Below the pieces are notes generated by a model, which worked only from the letters and a program-made list of their open reading frames with translations, did not search any database and was not told the DNA's origin. From IMG/VR virus record IMGVR_UViG_3300042542_004852: a stretch of DNA of 64,000 nucleotides; one strand, given 5' to 3'. The position numbers were made by a program, and so were the translations under genes. Every line of letters starts with the position of its first letter. Position 1 is the first letter of the stretch. Shown one piece after another: positions 41,218 through 49,547 of the stretch. This DNA comes from a virus.

Positions 41218-41508
41218 TTAATCTTTAAAAACGAAACTTACAGTAAAATTATTTAATTCTGAATCTGAGGAGCGCATAGTCTCATTGCCCAAATCTAAAA
41301 TCTTTTTTCTGATATAAGACATTTTATCATCATCAAGATAGTCTCCCATATTTAAAATGGAAGAATATTGTTCTGGCAAATTTTCACGCATTTTTTTATG
41401 GGCATCATCGTGATCCCGTTTTAGCTCTTCTACAATTCTTAAAAATTGTTTAAAAAGATGCTTAGTGTTTTCGTTATAGTGACGAGATAAGATTTTTTTT
41501 GCGTTCAT
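41218..41508 (-). CDS. Hypothetical protein
   Basis: ORF with AAGG motifs upstream. Confidence 0.65.
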   Translation of the reverse strand: MNAKKILSRHYNENTKHLFKQFLRIVEELKRDHDDAHKKMRENLPEQYSSILNMGDYLDDDKMSYIRKKILDLGNETMRSSDSELNNFTVSFVFKD

Positions 41509-41556
41509 GCCTTATACCTTTATTATAATAAAAGAAAAAGTGTAAAAATAAATAAC

Positions 41557-42009
41557 ATGGCTGGATTTTTATCAGAAAACCAAAAAACTAACATCAAATC
41601 AATCATTGATCAAATCCACGATACTTTTGCTCGCGAGATCACTGTATTCAAAATTGGTCAAAGAACTGTAATCTCTTCTTCTGCCAATTACAACGCTCTT
41701 TATCGCCAACAGTCTTCTAATACAGAAACAACAGAAGTATCACAGACTTTTCAAGCGCGAATTAAATATGTTGAGATGAGCGAAACATTCTTGCAAGAAT
41801 CTCAATCGAACTCATCTGGCCAAGATAAAATTATTCTTCCTGCGGGAACTGTTAAAATTAAAGTAAATTTAGAAGGCTACGAATATGTTCGCGAAGCTAA
41901 GAGAGTTGAATTGGATGGGCGGCGCTTTTCCATCAAAAGCGATGGCAAACCTCTTGGCATGTTTGGGCCGCAGTATTATGAATTTATTTTAATTCCAATG
42001 GACGAATAA
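41557..42009 (+). CDS. Putative head-closure protein
   Basis: Beta-rich 150 aa, first gene of the neck/tail block. Confidence 0.55.
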   Translation: MAGFLSENQKTNIKSIIDQIHDTFAREITVFKIGQRTVISSSANYNALYRQQSSNTETTEVSQTFQARIKYVEMSETFLQESQSNSSGQDKIILPAGTVKIKVNLEGYEYVREAKRVELDGRRFSIKSDGKPLGMFGPQYYEFILIPMDE

Positions 42010-42632
42010 TGGCAAAAAAAGTTTCTTTAAAATCTTTCGCAAAAGAATTACAAAAATTTGTTGTTCGCGAAACTGTAAAGCAAAATCGCAAAGCTTTCCA
42101 GCAAAGAATCATAGTTGCTTTTGAAAAAATCAAAAAAGAAATGCTTGAAGAGTTTTTGGCGCATCCTGTTTCTGTTGAAATTCTTGGAGGACCAAACGCT
42201 CAAAATACCAGTGAAACTTTGGGAGGTTACGGCAATTTATTTTCTTTTATTGGTTTTAATGAGGGAGACTCGCCGCTTCAGTCAGTGATTGACTTGATTG
42301 AATCAAGCAAGATAGAAGATGGTCGAGATACTGAATCTGGGTTTTTAATGAAGATTTTTTTACCTTCAAAAGAGGAAGTTTTTTCTGTTACTCCTATGCC
42401 TTGGGCAAGTGGTCGCTCTTGGGCAGAAGGCATAGAGCGAGGAATATCTGGCTTTGGCTCTTATTTAAATACAGACTCAAACTTAAGTCGTTCTAGCGCA
42501 GGCGTTCAAGCGCAAAGTGTAATTAGAAAAGGTAAGTTTAAAAATACTGCATACATTTCTGCGCTATTAAGTAAATACGCCAAAAAATTCCAGCAAATCG
42601 ACAAAAGCGTCGTACTCACGGGCATTCTATGA
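42009..42632 (+). CDS. Putative neck/tail-completion protein
   Basis: Synteny between head closure and tail terminator; WAEGIERG. Confidence 0.5.
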   Translation: MAKKVSLKSFAKELQKFVVRETVKQNRKAFQQRIIVAFEKIKKEMLEEFLAHPVSVEILGGPNAQNTSETLGGYGNLFSFIGFNEGDSPLQSVIDLIESSKIEDGRDTESGFLMKIFLPSKEEVFSVTPMPWASGRSWAEGIERGISGFGSYLNTDSNLSRSSAGVQAQSVIRKGKFKNTAYISALLSKYAKKFQQIDKSVVLTGIL

Positions 42633-43501
42633 TTCCTCAATTTCAACATAAACTATCATCGTCTTTTCTCTTGTGGTTTGATAATTATTTATTAACCAAA
42701 GGTCAAGCATACACCAACACAACTGGTCGTTTTTATTATTATCAAGATGAAAGAGTTCCTAACACATACAAAGTTTTTGGCAGTCCTTATAAACAATGGG
42801 TTTCCGACTATTCTATTACTGGCGCAACAATTCCTTCTGGAGTTTTTATTAACGGGTCATTTTCTGGCCGCGCTACTGGTTCAAACAATAGCACAAGCTC
42901 AAGAATTCTTGACTTTGACAATGGCCGCGCCTTAATTAGTGGCGCTGCAACTGGAGCAGTTGTCACAGGAGCTTTCGCCACTAAAGATTTCAGTGTTTAC
43001 TATAGCAATGAAACAGAGGAAGACTTGTTGATTGAAAATAAATTCATTCCGCAAAGTAAAATAGGCACAAATCTAAGCCCCACATACGTTCAACCATACG
43101 ATCAAGTTGTTCCCGCAATTTATATCTGCAACACTGCGTTCGAGAATAAGCCTTTTGCATTTGGCGGCATGGATCAAACAACTACCAATTTAAATGCAGT
43201 AGTAATCGCCGAAAATCCTTATCAACTTGATGGAGTTTTATCTATTTTTGCTGATTCAAAAAATGAGAGTATTGTTGATGTTCCTTTTGACAGTTATCCC
43301 TTTACTGAATATGGAGATTTAAAAAGCGGATATTACAACTATCAGAATTTAAAAACCCAATATCAAAACAGCAATAAATATTTTATTGAAAGAGTTAAAA
43401 CATCCAAAATGAATGACAAACCAAGAAAGTCATTAGTTAATGATTTGTATGTTGGATTTATTGATTTTGACGTTTCTATTATGAGGTATCCTAGAATATA
43501 G
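42629..43501 (+). CDS. Putative tail terminator/neck protein
   Basis: Immediately upstream of the major tail protein; PAIYI...PFAFGG. Confidence 0.5.
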   Translation: MIPQFQHKLSSSFLLWFDNYLLTKGQAYTNTTGRFYYYQDERVPNTYKVFGSPYKQWVSDYSITGATIPSGVFINGSFSGRATGSNNSTSSRILDFDNGRALISGAATGAVVTGAFATKDFSVYYSNETEEDLLIENKFIPQSKIGTNLSPTYVQPYDQVVPAIYICNTAFENKPFAFGGMDQTTTNLNAVVIAENPYQLDGVLSIFADSKNESIVDVPFDSYPFTEYGDLKSGYYNYQNLKTQYQNSNKYFIERVKTSKMNDKPRKSLVNDLYVGFIDFDVSIMRYPRI

Positions 43502-43547
43502 TTCTCATTCATCTTATTTAAATGTAAATAAAGCAAACTTTCTATTT

Positions 43548-44714
43548 ATGGCAAGAAATCGCGTAATCTATCAATCTGAAGGGCTGTTTGTAAGCAGCGG
43601 ACTCTCATCTCAAACCTCTGGACAACACAAGCAATTAAAGCGTGTACAGAGCGCTAACTATAGCTTTGAAATCACTCGTCAAGACGTAAACCAATTTGGG
43701 CAGCTTGCTCGTATTGACGCTCTCGTTCTACAGTCTCCGACTGTGAGCTTGGACCTCTCATACTACCTCGCTGATGGATTCAATGAATCCGCTCTTGGTT
43801 TCTATATGCGAGGCAATGGTGCTGGTAATAAAGGCCCAGCATCCGAAGCTAACTTTGCCTCTGGACAAATGGTTAGCTCTTCTGGCGTTAACTTTTATAT
43901 CGTGACTGATAGCGAAGGCATTGACCTTAACTACGATACTGGCAGCGCCAACGCTCTTGTGGGCAAAGGTGTTATTGGTATTGGCAATGGCTTCATCACC
44001 GACTATACTCTTAATGCTGCTGTTGGCGACCTACCAACAGTTTCAGTCTCCGTTGAAGGTCTTGGTTTTTGTGCTGCTACTTATGCTACAGGCGTAAGCG
44101 GAACATATACTGGCACTGGTTTTGCTGGTCCAGCCATTAATCCAGAAAACGGAACAAAGCTTCTCTCCACTGGCGTAAACGGTTGGGTAATGCTACCTAA
44201 TCCTTCAACTGGCGATGGCGTAACCGCTCTCCGCCCTGGTGACATTACACTAGATTTCGGCGGATTTACTGGAACAGGTTTCGGTACTCCAGCTTCTATT
44301 CTTGAAGGTGCAAATTCAATCAACATTCAAAGCGTGAGTATTTCTCTTCCAATGAGCCGCACTCCAATTGAGCGTCTTGGTAGCCGTTTCGCGTTCGCTC
44401 GCGTGACTGACTTCCCTGTAACCGCTACAATGACAGTGAATGCTCTTGTGAACGAAACACAAGCTCGTAACCTTGCTGACATGATTGATGACGGAGCCGA
44501 AAGAGACATCACTCTTACCATCAAAGCTCCTGGCACAAATACTCCTGCTGTGCAATACGCTTTTAAAGCTGCTCGTCTTGATAGCGAAAGCTACTCTTCT
44601 GACATTGGCTCTAACAAGAGTGTTGATCTTAGCTTCTCCACTCAAATTGGTGGTCCTAATGATACTGTTCACGGTATCTACTTCTCAGGTTCTTCCGACA
44701 GAGCGTTCGTCTAA
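43548..44714 (+). CDS. Major tail (tube) protein
   Basis: MARNRVIYQS...RVQSANYSFEITRQDVNQFG; high-expression codon bias; followed by a terminator. Confidence 0.75.
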   Translation: MARNRVIYQSEGLFVSSGLSSQTSGQHKQLKRVQSANYSFEITRQDVNQFGQLARIDALVLQSPTVSLDLSYYLADGFNESALGFYMRGNGAGNKGPASEANFASGQMVSSSGVNFYIVTDSEGIDLNYDTGSANALVGKGVIGIGNGFITDYTLNAAVGDLPTVSVSVEGLGFCAATYATGVSGTYTGTGFAGPAINPENGTKLLSTGVNGWVMLPNPSTGDGVTALRPGDITLDFGGFTGTGFGTPASILEGANSINIQSVSISLPMSRTPIERLGSRFAFARVTDFPVTATMTVNALVNETQARNLADMIDDGAERDITLTIKAPGTNTPAVQYAFKAARLDSESYSSDIGSNKSVDLSFSTQIGGPNDTVHGIYFSGSSDRAFV

Positions 44715-44727
44715 TACTCAATAAAAT

Positions 44728-44760
44728 AAAACCCCGCTCCCAAAAGGAGCGGGGTTTTTT
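44728..44760. terminator. Bidirectional intrinsic terminator
   Basis: AAAACCCCGCTCC-CAAAA-GGAGCGGGGTTTTTT between convergent genes. Confidence 0.9.
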
Positions 44761-44782
44761 GTTTACGCTTTCAATATTCGCT

Positions 44783-45280
44783 TTATAGGTAACCGCCAGG
44801 ATAATAGGAGTATGGAAACCCGCTTCCAGACTGATAGCCAGCTTCAATGCCGCCAAGTTGACGAGGTTCAGCCTTGTAGCTATTATAAGCATAAACAAGG
44901 TCTTTAAGTTTCATCTGAGAATCTGTAGATAAACCGCGATAAACTTTACTCACTTCGTTGCGATTAACAAACGTGATTGAATTATCGCCATCAGAAACAG
45001 AAAGAATATTGTCGCCATTATTACTAGATGCCAAGATGCCGCGAAGAGCATTTCGAGCTTGGCGTGAATAAAAATTGCTTAAATAAAGCTCTTTGAAAAT
45101 AGACTTCTCTTCTTCTCCCAAGGAGGGATCAGAACCACTAAAATTTGTATAAAGCAAATTATTAAGAAGCCCTAAATTAGTCGAAAACCAACCGCTGATT
45201 TGAGTGAAAGTGGTTGTGCTAGCGTCAGAGCCAAACTCTACAGAAAAAACTTCGTGTGCTAAATCAGAATATACGCTCAT
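44783..45280 (-). CDS. Putative head-tail adaptor
   Basis: Downstream of the capsid genes; ILSVSDGDNSITF. Confidence 0.5.
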   Translation of the reverse strand: MSVYSDLAHEVFSVEFGSDASTTTFTQISGWFSTNLGLLNNLLYTNFSGSDPSLGEEEKSIFKELYLSNFYSRQARNALRGILASSNNGDNILSVSDGDNSITFVNRNEVSKVYRGLSTDSQMKLKDLVYAYNSYKAEPRQLGGIEAGYQSGSGFPYSYYPGGYL

Positions 45281-45645
45281 TAAAACTCTCCTAAGATTTT
45301 AAGGGTTTTTTGGTGCTGTGGATTGTTTGGATCAAGCTGCACAGACTTGGTTGATAGAGAAAGCATTTTGCCTGTTGCATTAAGGTTATAGCTGCGACAC
45401 TGCTTGGCAAGAGCCTTCTTTAGTTGTGGCTTTTGCAAGTAAGGGCTAAGACCAACACGCATAGCTAGAGATTGCATTTCAGCATAATTCATTTCAGCCA
45501 AGCGGTCTTCAAACACTTGTGGGTCAGTGGTCTTAAATGGATTCACTTCTTGCACGCCTAGAATTTTTTCTAGCTTCAAAACCTTTTCCTTGTATTCTTT
45601 GCCGTTGATGTGTTCAATGCTATTTAATTCGTTCTGTAGATTCAT
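45280..45645 (-). CDS. Hypothetical protein
   Basis: ORF downstream of the capsid terminator. Confidence 0.65.
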   Translation of the reverse strand: MNLQNELNSIEHINGKEYKEKVLKLEKILGVQEVNPFKTTDPQVFEDRLAEMNYAEMQSLAMRVGLSPYLQKPQLKKALAKQCRSYNLNATGKMLSLSTKSVQLDPNNPQHQKTLKILGEF

Positions 45646-45679
45646 ATATTATAATACAGTTAAACTTTTAAAAGTAAAC

Positions 45680-45710
45680 AAAAAAGGGACTGCCCTTTCG
45701 AGCAGTCCCT
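45680..45710 (-). terminator. Intrinsic terminator after the major capsid gene
   Basis: Minus strand AGGGACTGC-TCGAAAGG-GCAGTCCC-TTTTTT. Confidence 0.85.
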
Positions 45711-45725
45711 GATTTAAGCAGTGGA

Positions 45726-46838
45726 TTAGACAATCACACCGAGGAGAGCACGGTTGTCGAGAACCATACGACCTTCTTCGAGAGAACCGAAGTAGCCAAT
45801 CTTGTTCTGACGGATGCTGTATTGGTCGTCAGCGATGAGAGTGAACTCAGAACCGCTTTCGCTGTCGATGGCAGTGGCGCGGATGAGAGACTCACGGCCA
45901 CGGTCAAGACCAACGGCGATTTCTTGAGTAGCTGGGTTGAAGCTACCGCCATAAACAGTGTCGAAGATGGTGTTGTACTTTTGATTTTCGCCGAACTCAT
46001 TGATTACCATGAGGGAAACACCATAGAACTCTGGAAGACCAGCGGAGTTGTATAGAGCCATACGCATTTCATCAGGAGCAGCGATACCGTTTGAGCGGTA
46101 GTCGGAACCGCCTAGAGCAGCAGCGCCAGCGCCCTTGGTGTTGATGGGGTTGTAAGCCATTGAGCGAATAGAGTTTTCCAACTCAGGGCTGATGATGAGA
46201 TCAGTGATGCCACGGGCATTAGCAGCGCCTTCTGGAGTACCCTTAGAGAAGGAAGTGTTGATGCGGCGAGCACGGGTGATGAGGTTGTTGAAGTCTTGTA
46301 GCAAGAAGCTGCCAGCAGTGGTAGCATCAATGATGTGGGAAAGACCATTGGTGCTAGCATTGGCAAGAGCAGTCATAAGAAGGTTTGCGCTGGTGCGCTC
46401 CTGCTTAAGAAGGATTTCTTGAGCCATGCGAGTGAAGGTTTTGCTAACTACGTCCATGCGGCTTTTGGCTGCATAGCGACGATCAAAGCTGAGAGCAGAG
46501 TCGAGAGTGTAGGTAGCAATCTTCATTTCAGAAACAGTCGGAAGGACTTGGTTCTGTGGAAGACCACCAGCAACGCTTTGGCTGTAAACAGTGATATAGT
46601 CCTCGTCGGAAATATCATAGTAAAGGTCAAGCGGGATGGAAGGATTGTCGTCAGCGTTGAACTGAAGCTGAGTAAATAGATTACTTAGAGTCGGAGCGTT
46701 GTTGATGACTTCGGCGAGAACAGGGCCGATGAACTCGGCAAGAGCTACTTGAGCTTCGTAAGCGACCTGACGGTTGCGTGAAGCCATAGCCTTGATTAGT
46801 TCGATTTGTTCTGGAGTTCTTTTGAGAGAGATTTTCAT
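45726..46838 (-). CDS. Major capsid protein
   Basis: 370 aa, strong codon bias, order portal-protease-decoration-capsid-terminator; ITDLIISPE, LPEFYGV HK97-like features. Confidence 0.8.
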   Translation of the reverse strand: MKISLKRTPEQIELIKAMASRNRQVAYEAQVALAEFIGPVLAEVINNAPTLSNLFTQLQFNADDNPSIPLDLYYDISDEDYITVYSQSVAGGLPQNQVLPTVSEMKIATYTLDSALSFDRRYAAKSRMDVVSKTFTRMAQEILLKQERTSANLLMTALANASTNGLSHIIDATTAGSFLLQDFNNLITRARRINTSFSKGTPEGAANARGITDLIISPELENSIRSMAYNPINTKGAGAAALGGSDYRSNGIAAPDEMRMALYNSAGLPEFYGVSLMVINEFGENQKYNTIFDTVYGGSFNPATQEIAVGLDRGRESLIRATAIDSESGSEFTLIADDQYSIRQNKIGYFGSLEEGRMVLDNRALLGVIV

Positions 46839-46865
46839 ATTAAATTGTTTCCTCCTTGGTTAAGA

Positions 46866-47483
46866 TTACATGCGAAGACCGATCACGGCGAAGCCGCCAG
46901 CGAATTGATCTGTGGTGGATTGGGAAGTGCGTGAGCCAGTGCCAAGGACAAGACCAAGCTTGCCAGCGTCGGAGTGGAGACAGCCAGTGACTTTACCAGC
47001 ATTAGCAGAAAGCTTGAAGCCGCTGCCAACAGTGAGAGTGCCATCAATAGCATTAGCGCCAACAGAGAACATACCGCGAGTGGCAACTGGAACAGCTTGT
47101 CCAGGAAGCACGCACATGAGTTCTTCAGCCTTTTGGCGATAGTAAAGAAGCTTTTCACCGTTTTCGTCAAACTTTGCAGTCTGGCGAAGAGTGATGCCAA
47201 GGCAGTTGGTGGTGTCGCCAGAGGCGGCAGGAGTCACCTTGAGGTTGACGGATGGGTAGCTGTTAGCGCCAACAAACGGATAGTCGGTTTTGCCGAGGTA
47301 GCTGTCGGTAGCGTAGCTTACGGGGTCTAGGTCAAAGTTTCCAGCGGAAACCTTAACAAAAACACCAGCATCACCACTGCCAACGCCAGTTACGGATTCG
47401 TTGACGGCAGCATCTGCTAGTGCGTACAGATTGATGACATCTTGGTCATCATATTGACGGAATGGGAGTAGTCTGGTAGCCAT
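46866..47483 (-). CDS. Capsid decoration/cement protein
   Basis: Gly-rich beta protein between scaffold and capsid; high-expression codons; VPVATRG. Confidence 0.65.
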   Translation of the reverse strand: MATRLLPFRQYDDQDVINLYALADAAVNESVTGVGSGDAGVFVKVSAGNFDLDPVSYATDSYLGKTDYPFVGANSYPSVNLKVTPAASGDTTNCLGITLRQTAKFDENGEKLLYYRQKAEELMCVLPGQAVPVATRGMFSVGANAIDGTLTVGSGFKLSANAGKVTGCLHSDAGKLGLVLGTGSRTSQSTTDQFAGGFAVIGLRM

Positions 47484-47497
47484 ATTAGTTAGTTAAA

Positions 47498-49030
47498 TTA
47501 GGAAATTAAAATATTTTCGCGAGAAAATGCAGAGGCAAATTTTTCTTTAAGACTCTTATTTTCTTGGGAAGTTTCTCCGTTGTTATTCGGGATGGTTTTT
47601 TCAGCAGAAGCCTTGGCTTTTTCAAGTGCTTCTTCTGCGAGTTCAGCTTCGGTCTTTGTGGAAGCAGTGGATTGGTTGAGTTCGCTTAGGCGCTTTTCAA
47701 CTTCAGCAGTGATCTTTGCTTCTGTTTCTTCAGCCAAACGACCAAGGTGTTCCTTGTTCTTATGCTTAAGCACAACAGAAAGCTTATCTTGATAAGATGC
47801 GAAAGCTTCGTCAGAGGCTTCAATAGCTTGAAGCTCAGAAGCGATAACTTTACGATCTTCGTCTTCAAGAGAGTAAAGATTGTCAATTTGCTCCATGCGA
47901 GCATTAAAGCGAGCCAAGGCTTTTTCAGCTTCTTGAGCGGCTTCAATTTCTTGGAGCTTGACTTTTGTGTCAGACAAGTCTTTTTGAAGAGTTTCGACAG
48001 AAGCCAAGAGTTCTTTGGCTTTGGTTTCGGAAGCTTCTTTCTCAGTTTTAGCAGAGCGATACTCTTCGTCTTTTTGACGAATTGCATCAGCAAATGTGCT
48101 AGTCATACTGGCGATGGCTTCTTCCGAGATTTTCTTCTCTGTGAGAGAAGCTTTGAGTTCTGAAAGGAATGATTCTAAATCCATAGATTTTTTAATGTTT
48201 ACATCTTTAAGATTAAATTGGGAAATATTTTTTGTATTCATTGCAAATACTTTTTTATCTCGCGGGTCTTTGAATGATACGTTTTCTTCTGGGGTGATGC
48301 CATTATCAAGCAGCAAGCCTTTGACATTAGCGGCTGGATTAGCGGTGAAACCAATGCCAAGAGGATAAACAGAACCCTTTACCAAGCGATAAATTTTGGA
48401 GCCATCTTCCATTTTACCATTGCCACCATAAGCGCGAAGCTTGCCTTTGAGTTCGTCAATATGCTTTGGGTTCGAAATGATTTCAGCCTCTTTTAAATTT
48501 GTGCTTCCAACAGCCAAAACATATTCATTAAATCCAAGCTCCCAACTTGCAGAAACTGTGTTGAAAAGATTGCTGCTTTCACTGGTTGATTTGTAAATCA
48601 AATCAGTAAATTTAGGATCAACAAGCTTATAGATTACTGCGCCCAAAGCTAGATTAATTAAGCCATTTGTTTCAATAACTTCCTGATTATTTAGGGGAAC
48701 ATTTTCGCCCCAAGAATTGAAACCAGCCGAAACAATATGGCCCACAATTTGTTTCTTATTGTGCTCAATGTTTGTTGGTTTGTGGATGAAGTATGGCGCG
48801 ATTTGAACAGCAGTTTGAGAGTCAATGCCGTCATCGTTGCGATTGAATTGGTTCACGACAGCAGCGTCAAAAGCTACTCCCATGAGGTCAATGTTTTTGC
48901 CCAAGTCAATGCTTTGACTAGGCAACAGACTCTTAAGATTCTCTAGCGAAGCTGTGGAAATAAAAGAGTTTTCGCCAATTTTACACTGGCGAATAGAAAC
49001 ATCAAATTCTGTTTTATATTTAAAATCCAT
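47498..49030 (-). CDS. Prohead protease / scaffold fusion
   Basis: N.NDD, KPTNIEH, VGHI, SASWEL, GFTANPAA protease domain plus C-terminal coiled coil. Confidence 0.75.
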   Translation of the reverse strand: MDFKYKTEFDVSIRQCKIGENSFISTASLENLKSLLPSQSIDLGKNIDLMGVAFDAAVVNQFNRNDDGIDSQTAVQIAPYFIHKPTNIEHNKKQIVGHIVSAGFNSWGENVPLNNQEVIETNGLINLALGAVIYKLVDPKFTDLIYKSTSESSNLFNTVSASWELGFNEYVLAVGSTNLKEAEIISNPKHIDELKGKLRAYGGNGKMEDGSKIYRLVKGSVYPLGIGFTANPAANVKGLLLDNGITPEENVSFKDPRDKKVFAMNTKNISQFNLKDVNIKKSMDLESFLSELKASLTEKKISEEAIASMTSTFADAIRQKDEEYRSAKTEKEASETKAKELLASVETLQKDLSDTKVKLQEIEAAQEAEKALARFNARMEQIDNLYSLEDEDRKVIASELQAIEASDEAFASYQDKLSVVLKHKNKEHLGRLAEETEAKITAEVEKRLSELNQSTASTKTEAELAEEALEKAKASAEKTIPNNNGETSQENKSLKEKFASAFSRENILIS

Positions 49031-49031
49031 A

Positions 49032-49547
49032 TTATAAATCTACAGTATTTCTCCAAGCTTCTTTGGTTTCTTTTAATTCATCTTCTCTTGTTTCGTTTTT
49101 TTCGTGCAACTCCCATTTGCGAAGCTGTTCTACAGTGAGAATCCTAACAGAATTACTTGAGGTTTTTGGCTTTTCACGATACTCCATCTTGTCGCCTTTT
49201 TTGGCGGCAGATTTTGACTCTTCATACTCTTCTTCTTCTTCTTCTTCTTCTTCCTCTTCCTCTTCCTCTTCCTCTTCACCCTCCTCCTCTTTTTCGATTT
49301 CTTCAAGATCGTCTTCTTCATCTTCTGCCATGATCTTTTCTTTCATTTTGTCGAATGAGACAGCACAAGACATAGCAGCTTCACGATCTGTTTTACCAGA
49401 GCTTTCCGACATGCATTTTGCCATAAACTTCCTGTAAGAAGTTTTTTCTTTATCGCTCATCTTTTTTTCCGCAATTGAGATTTCAATTGTGGAACCATTA
49501 ATGACAACTGTTTTTTCGAGAGGAATTGGAACTTCGTTAGGACTCAT
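49032..49547 (-). CDS. Acidic hypothetical protein with poly-Glu tract
   Basis: About 18 consecutive Glu; lies between portal and protease. Confidence 0.65.
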   Translation of the reverse strand: MSPNEVPIPLEKTVVINGSTIEISIAEKKMSDKEKTSYRKFMAKCMSESSGKTDREAAMSCAVSFDKMKEKIMAEDEEDDLEEIEKEEEGEEEEEEEEEEEEEEEEEYEESKSAAKKGDKMEYREKPKTSSNSVRILTVEQLRKWELHEKNETREDELKETKEAWRNTVDL

